A stretch of 64,000 nt of DNA, taken from assembly GCA_029554865.1 (NCBI GenBank), contig JAKPUX010000025.1, forward strand, positions 11,561-75,560. The letters run 5' to 3'. This DNA is from a bacterium (GTDB lineage: Bacteria; Zhuqueibacterota; Zhuqueibacteria; Residuimicrobiales; Residuimicrobiaceae). The notes under the pieces were generated by a model that had not been told where the DNA came from, ran no database searches, and was given only the letters and a program-made list of their open reading frames with translations. Shown piece after piece: positions 59,257 to 64,000 of this stretch; position 1 is the first letter of the stretch; each line of letters starts with the position of its first letter. The position numbers and the translations under genes were made by a program.

Positions 59257-59970
59257 ATGGATCACAGGCTGGAATTGAGCCGAGTGGAGGAGATCGCCCG
59301 CGGCACTATCGAGTTGACCTTTCACCGGCCGGAGGGTTTTGCCTTTCTGGCGGGACAGAATCTTAATCTCAAGGTTCCGGAGCTTCTATTTCCTGATCCG
59401 AAGGGGCCACGCCGCACTTTCACCATCGCCTCAGCGCCTCACGAGCCCGAGCTTCGCTTTGCGACCCGTTTGAGCGGGAGCGGCTACAAGCAGACCTTGC
59501 AGCGGCTGGCATCGGGGAGCCTGTTCGAATATCTCGGGCCGAACGGTCAGTTTGTCTATGATCCGGAGGTCGAGAGCGCAGCTTATCTGGCCGGGGGGAT
59601 CGGCATCACCCCCTTCAGGAGCATGCTGATGCACGGCGTGCACGCCGGCTTCAAAGCCCCCACTTTTCTTTTTTACGGCAATGCGGACCCCGATAGCAGC
59701 GCCTGGCATGAGCTTTTCGCCGGGCTGGCTCAGGCTGAAGCCCGGTTCACCTACATACCCACCATGACCAATCTGGCGCCGGAGGCCCCCTGGCCGGGCG
59801 AGAGGCGCTGGCTGAGCGCGGATCTGGCGGCCGCCTACCTCCCCGATCCCGCCAATACCACCTACTTTCTCTGCGGTCCACCTGCCATGATCACTGCCCT
59901 GACCGATCAGCTGCTGGAAAAAGGTATTAAAGACAACAAAATCCGCTACGAGTCGCTCTGGGGCTATTAA
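59257..59970 (+). CDS. Ferredoxin-NADP reductase-family FAD-binding oxidoreductase
   Basis: RTFTIAS, GPNG, AGGIGITP, CGPP; start at 59257 or 59236. Confidence 0.88.
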   Translation: MDHRLELSRVEEIARGTIELTFHRPEGFAFLAGQNLNLKVPELLFPDPKGPRRTFTIASAPHEPELRFATRLSGSGYKQTLQRLASGSLFEYLGPNGQFVYDPEVESAAYLAGGIGITPFRSMLMHGVHAGFKAPTFLFYGNADPDSSAWHELFAGLAQAEARFTYIPTMTNLAPEAPWPGERRWLSADLAAAYLPDPANTTYFLCGPPAMITALTDQLLEKGIKDNKIRYESLWGY

Positions 59971-60050
59971 ACTTTCCTGCGCCGTATCATTCCCGCTTCT
60001 GCCATTCCCGAGCCTTTGAGCAGCTATAACCTCTCTTTCCGGAGGTCTTT

Positions 60051-61424
60051 ATGAGACGTTTACTCTATTTGATCATCCTGTTGATTTTCTTCATCGCCCT
60101 GAGTGCTGGAATGCGTTCGACGACTGCTCCCGCTTACGTCGAGGATGAGGTGCTGGTGCGATTCAAGCCGGCTACCAGCGCGAAGGCCGTTTCCGTCCTG
60201 ACAGCCGCGGTGGAGGCCCGGGTGCTCTCGTTTTCTCCCTCTCTGACGATGCACCGGCTCAAGCTCACTGGCGGGATGGGGGTGGAGGAGGCGGTGGCGC
60301 ATCTGCGCGCGCAGGATCAGGTGGAACTGGCTGAACCCAACTACCGGATCAAGGCCTTGGCCACGCCGAACGATCCCTCTTTTGGCAAGCTCTGGGGGCT
60401 CTCCAACACGGGGCAGACCGGGGGGCTGGCAGATGCCGATATCGATGCGCCCGAGGCCTGGTCGACCACCACGGGTTCGGCCGCTGTGCTGGTGGCGATC
60501 ATGGACACCGGCATCGATTACCGCCATGTCGACCTCAAGGCCAACGCCTACACCAACCCGGGCGAGGATCCCTGGAGCGACCCCAATGATCCGGCGACCG
60601 GCAACAAGCTGGATGACGACGGAAACGGCCTGATCGATGACTGGAAGGGGTATGATTTTCATGCCAAGGACAACGATCCCTACGATGAAAATGGACACGG
60701 CACCCATGTGGCGGGGATTGCCGGCGCAGTGGGCAATAACAGTCTCGGCGTGACCGGAGTCTGCTGGCAGGTCCGGCTGGTGGGCATCCGGGTTCTCGAT
60801 TCCTCCGGGGACGGGAATGTCGGCGTTGCCATTGACGGAATCGAATACGCTGTTGGTCTGGGCGCGCGCATTCTCAACCTGAGCTGGGGCGGTCCGGACA
60901 AATCGATCTTTCTCGAGCAGGCGATCGATTATGCCCACAACCATAATATTCTGGTCGTGGCGGCTGCCGGCAATGACGGCGTGAATGCGGATGTCTCGCC
61001 GCAGTACCCGGCCTGCCTGGCTCTCGAAAACATTGTATCGGTCGCGGCAACGGACCATGGCGATCAGCGGGCGCTCTGGGGTGAATCCGACGACAACACC
61101 GACGACTGTGGCTTTTCCTGTTCGAACGCTCTGGCCGCGGTCCCAGGCTCCAACTGGGGGGCCACCACAGTGGATCTGGCCGCACCCGGTAAGGAGATCT
61201 ATTCGACGGTTCCGGGCGGCTATGCGGTTTTTTCCGGCACCTCGATGGCGGCGCCCCATGTCTCGGGTGCGGCGGCACTGCTGCTGGCGCGCGATCCCGG
61301 ACTGACCGATCTGCAGCTCAAGCAGCGGCTCCTGAGCAGCGTCGATCCACTCCTCTCCTTCAACGGACTCTCCGTCACCGGCGGGAGGCTCAATCTGCAA
61401 AAGGCCCTGGCCGGGCTCCCGTGA
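60051..61424 (+). CDS. Secreted S8 (subtilisin-like) serine protease
   Basis: Signal peptide, prodomain, catalytic triad motifs DTG, HGTHVAG, GTSMAAP. Confidence 0.93.
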   Translation: MRRLLYLIILLIFFIALSAGMRSTTAPAYVEDEVLVRFKPATSAKAVSVLTAAVEARVLSFSPSLTMHRLKLTGGMGVEEAVAHLRAQDQVELAEPNYRIKALATPNDPSFGKLWGLSNTGQTGGLADADIDAPEAWSTTTGSAAVLVAIMDTGIDYRHVDLKANAYTNPGEDPWSDPNDPATGNKLDDDGNGLIDDWKGYDFHAKDNDPYDENGHGTHVAGIAGAVGNNSLGVTGVCWQVRLVGIRVLDSSGDGNVGVAIDGIEYAVGLGARILNLSWGGPDKSIFLEQAIDYAHNHNILVVAAAGNDGVNADVSPQYPACLALENIVSVAATDHGDQRALWGESDDNTDDCGFSCSNALAAVPGSNWGATTVDLAAPGKEIYSTVPGGYAVFSGTSMAAPHVSGAAALLLARDPGLTDLQLKQRLLSSVDPLLSFNGLSVTGGRLNLQKALAGLP

Positions 61425-61537
61425 GATCCAAGTGCAAATTTAGCTTGCCATTTTACCGTCAAAAGTATACTTTAATATATTTATTCTGCGTCGTCTGAAC
61501 GCGCCGGTCATGAACGATCCATCCAGAAGAGGTAATC

Positions 61538-62674
61538 ATGGTGACTCCGCATGGCGAATCGCGTTATGAACAGAGTCTGCAACGGGACATCGCCCTGCTC
61601 AAGCGGAAGACGAAGGAGATGGCGATGCTCGACGAGGGGGGGCTGCGCAATGCCATCCTCGCCCTCATGAGCCGGGACCGGCAGCTGGCCTATACGGTCA
61701 TCCTGCGCGATCGCTGCGTCGATGACCTGGAGATCGAGCTGGACCGTCTTTGCCTGGAGTTTCTGGTGCGTCAGCAGCCGGTGGCGATTCATCTCCGCTT
61801 TGTTTTCGCCACCATCAAGATTATCCGGGAACTGGAACGGATCGGCGATTACGCCGAGAGCATCGCCCGCCAGGTCCTCGACCTTTTGCCCATGCAGCCG
61901 ATCCCCCCGCTGGATGATTTTCTCGAACTCGCTGATGTGGCGATCTCCATGTTCCATGACTGCGTCGAGGCCTTTCTGGAAAATGATGTGGAAAAGGCGC
62001 GCCGGCTTATGGTCAAGGAGGATATCGCCGATGAGATGCGCAACGCCATCAATGCCAAGCTGATCAAATGGCAGGAAGAGGGGCAACTGGCGCTGGAGGC
62101 GATGGCCCCCCTGATGACAGTGGCCCGCCGCCTGGAAAGAACCACCGACCAGGCCAAGAATATCTGCGAAGAAGTGATCTACATGTCCACAGGCCAGTTT
62201 ATCAAGCACCGGCACAGCGACCTCTTCCGCATTCTCTTCGTCGACGCCGACAACTCTTCACTCAGCCAGATGGCTGAGGCGATCGGCAGGGCCCAGTCGA
62301 TCGGCCATTTCGCTTTTTCCAGTGCGGGGCTTGAACCCGCCGGGGAGATCAAGCCGGCGGTGCGGCGCTATCTCCTGGAAAGGGGCTTCGACCTCGAGGG
62401 CTACGAGCCCAAGGATTTCAGCGTGTTTCTCGACACCCTGCCCGTCGATATCATCGTCGCGCTCAACACAAAGGTGCGCAAGCGGATCCCCGCCCATTTC
62501 TCCAATTGCGTTGTCTTTGAGTGGCCGATTTCCGACCCTGCCGAGGAAGGGGGATCGGCGGAGACGATCGTTGAACGCTTCGACCAGGCCTATACTGAAA
62601 TCTCCCAGCACCTGCGGGATCTTGTGCAGGCCATCATCGGCCATGATCAGTACCGCTCCGGACTAAACCAATAG
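61538..62674 (+). CDS. phoU: PhoU fused to an inactive ArsC/LMW-PTP-like domain
   Basis: PhoU repeats (RQQPVA..LR, LERIGDYA, LER..DQAKNICE), then ILFVDADNSSLSQMAEA...SAG...WPISDP. Confidence 0.88.
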   Translation: MVTPHGESRYEQSLQRDIALLKRKTKEMAMLDEGGLRNAILALMSRDRQLAYTVILRDRCVDDLEIELDRLCLEFLVRQQPVAIHLRFVFATIKIIRELERIGDYAESIARQVLDLLPMQPIPPLDDFLELADVAISMFHDCVEAFLENDVEKARRLMVKEDIADEMRNAINAKLIKWQEEGQLALEAMAPLMTVARRLERTTDQAKNICEEVIYMSTGQFIKHRHSDLFRILFVDADNSSLSQMAEAIGRAQSIGHFAFSSAGLEPAGEIKPAVRRYLLERGFDLEGYEPKDFSVFLDTLPVDIIVALNTKVRKRIPAHFSNCVVFEWPISDPAEEGGSAETIVERFDQAYTEISQHLRDLVQAIIGHDQYRSGLNQ

Positions 62675-62685
62675 ACGTTGATTCG

Positions 62686-63630
62686 ATGATGAAGATGAAA
62701 GGACCATTCAGCCTTCTGCCTCTCCTGCTCGCGCTGCTGCTGGCTGCGGGTTGTCTGCGCGGACGCCAGCCCGGCCAGCGAGGCACGGGGCAGAAGCAGG
62801 TCATTCAGAACAGCGGCTCCGATACCATGGTCAATCTCGCCCAGGCCTGGGCCGAGGAGTATGTGCGAATCAAGCCGGCGGTCTCTGTGGAGGTCTCCGG
62901 CGGCGGATCAGGAACCGGCATTGCCTCCCTGATCAACGGTACGGCGGATATCGCCAACTGCAGCCGGGAGATGACTTTTGCTGAACGGGAGAGGGCCCTG
63001 CAGAATACCGGCAAGGATCCGGTTGAGCATCTGGTCGGCTATGATGCCCTGGCCATTTTCGTCAATCTGCAGAATCCCCTCCACGAGATCACCCTCGAAG
63101 ACCTGGCGGAAATATATGGCGAAAGAGGGAGGATCGAGCGCTGGAGCGATCTCGGCGTGCAGCCTCCCGATGGCAAGCGCGATAAAATTATCATTATCAG
63201 CCGCCAGTCCAATTCCGGCACCTATGAGTATTTCCGGGAGGCGGTGCTTGGCAAGACGCGTGATTTTCGTCTCGGCACCATCGACATGCACGGTTCCAAG
63301 GATGTGGTTGAACTGGTGGCGCGGACGCCTGGAGCCATCGGCTACAGCGGTATGGGGTATGCGACCGACCGGGTGCGCATGCTGCGTATCGCCCGCAAGC
63401 ACGGCGAGACCGCCTACGCCCCCACGGTGCCGAATACCCAAAAGGGCATTTACCCCGTCGCCCGCCCTCTCTTCATGTATACCCTGGGCGAGCCCGAAGG
63501 GGAGCTCAGGGATTATCTGGAGTGGATTCACTCCCCCGAGGGCCAGGATCTGGTCGTGCGCTCCGGCTATGTCTCGCTTTCCCGTACGGGGAGCCATGCT
63601 CCGGCGCAAGGTGAGGAGCATCAACCATGA
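62686..63630 (+). CDS. pstS: Phosphate ABC transporter substrate-binding lipoprotein
   Basis: Lipobox LAAGC, SGSDTM, GGGSGTG, SRQSNSGTY, YPVARPLF. Confidence 0.93.
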   Translation: MMKMKGPFSLLPLLLALLLAAGCLRGRQPGQRGTGQKQVIQNSGSDTMVNLAQAWAEEYVRIKPAVSVEVSGGGSGTGIASLINGTADIANCSREMTFAERERALQNTGKDPVEHLVGYDALAIFVNLQNPLHEITLEDLAEIYGERGRIERWSDLGVQPPDGKRDKIIIISRQSNSGTYEYFREAVLGKTRDFRLGTIDMHGSKDVVELVARTPGAIGYSGMGYATDRVRMLRIARKHGETAYAPTVPNTQKGIYPVARPLFMYTLGEPEGELRDYLEWIHSPEGQDLVVRSGYVSLSRTGSHAPAQGEEHQP

Positions 63631-64000
63631 CGCCCGGCCGCCGGCACCTGGAGCCGTTGAAGGAGTGGCTCATCGAACGCTTTATCTGGCTGTGCGGCGT
63701 CAGTGCCATCTTTTTTGTTTTTGCCATCTTCATCTTTGTCTTCCGCGAGGGGGCCGACTATTTTTTCAGCGGCTTCAAGGCCGGCGAGTTTTTCACCAGC
63801 ATCGAGTGGTATCCCACCTCACGTACCCATGTACGCTATGGCGCCCTGGCCCTGATCACGGGCACCTTCAGCGTCTCCTTTCTTGCCATGTTCCTTGCCG
63901 TGCCTTTCGGTCTGGGTGCAGCCGTCTTTATCTCCGAGTTTTGTCCTCCCCGGCTCAAGGAGGGGCTCAAGATCGTCATCGAACTTCTCGCCGCCATTCC
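63627..64000 (+). CDS. pstC: Phosphate ABC transporter permease PstC (truncated by window end)
   Basis: ATGA overlap with pstS; W.P...YGALALITGT...AVPFGLGAAVFISEF...IELLAAIP. Confidence 0.9.
   Translation, partial: MTPGRRHLEPLKEWLIERFIWLCGVSAIFFVFAIFIFVFREGADYFFSGFKAGEFFTSIEWYPTSRTHVRYGALALITGTFSVSFLAMFLAVPFGLGAAVFISEFCPPRLKEGLKIVIELLAAI

Noticed and set aside
61424-61537. PHO box upstream of phoU-pstS
   Set aside because: No convincing 11-bp-period direct repeats seen

Overview
GC-rich bacterial chromosome segment made up mostly of housekeeping genes. I found no CRISPR array, prophage, integrase or intact IS. Gene content, TTGACN-17-TA(T/A)ATT promoters, a group II GGGP synthase and an Alu-type SRP RNA suggest an FCB-related diderm such as candidate phylum KSB1; this is inference only. 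The window holds 9 tRNA genes (all four Ser isoacceptors), a large SRP RNA, gltX-glnS, an spd/mitochondrial-type EF-G, a tricorn protease, tex, ssb, a cdd-udk-tdk-PNP salvage cluster, tadA, dnaX-ybaB-recR, pgpA-cinA-thpR-recA-recX-alaS, hflX, folC, rho-rpmE-prfA-prmC, rnr, a subtilase and the start of a pst operon. Most notable observations: (1) a translationally coupled ParB-like CTPase plus non-canonical SplB-like radical SAM pair, divergent from ssb; (2) a uridine kinase fused to an intact di-iron hemerythrin-like domain; (3) an A9 slippery run in dnaX with nearby stops in both shifted frames; (4) PhoU fused to a catalytically dead ArsC/LMW-PTP domain; (5) a STAS anti-anti-sigma factor with a transposase-like winged-helix tail. 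All calls come from by-eye motif recognition; no searches were run.
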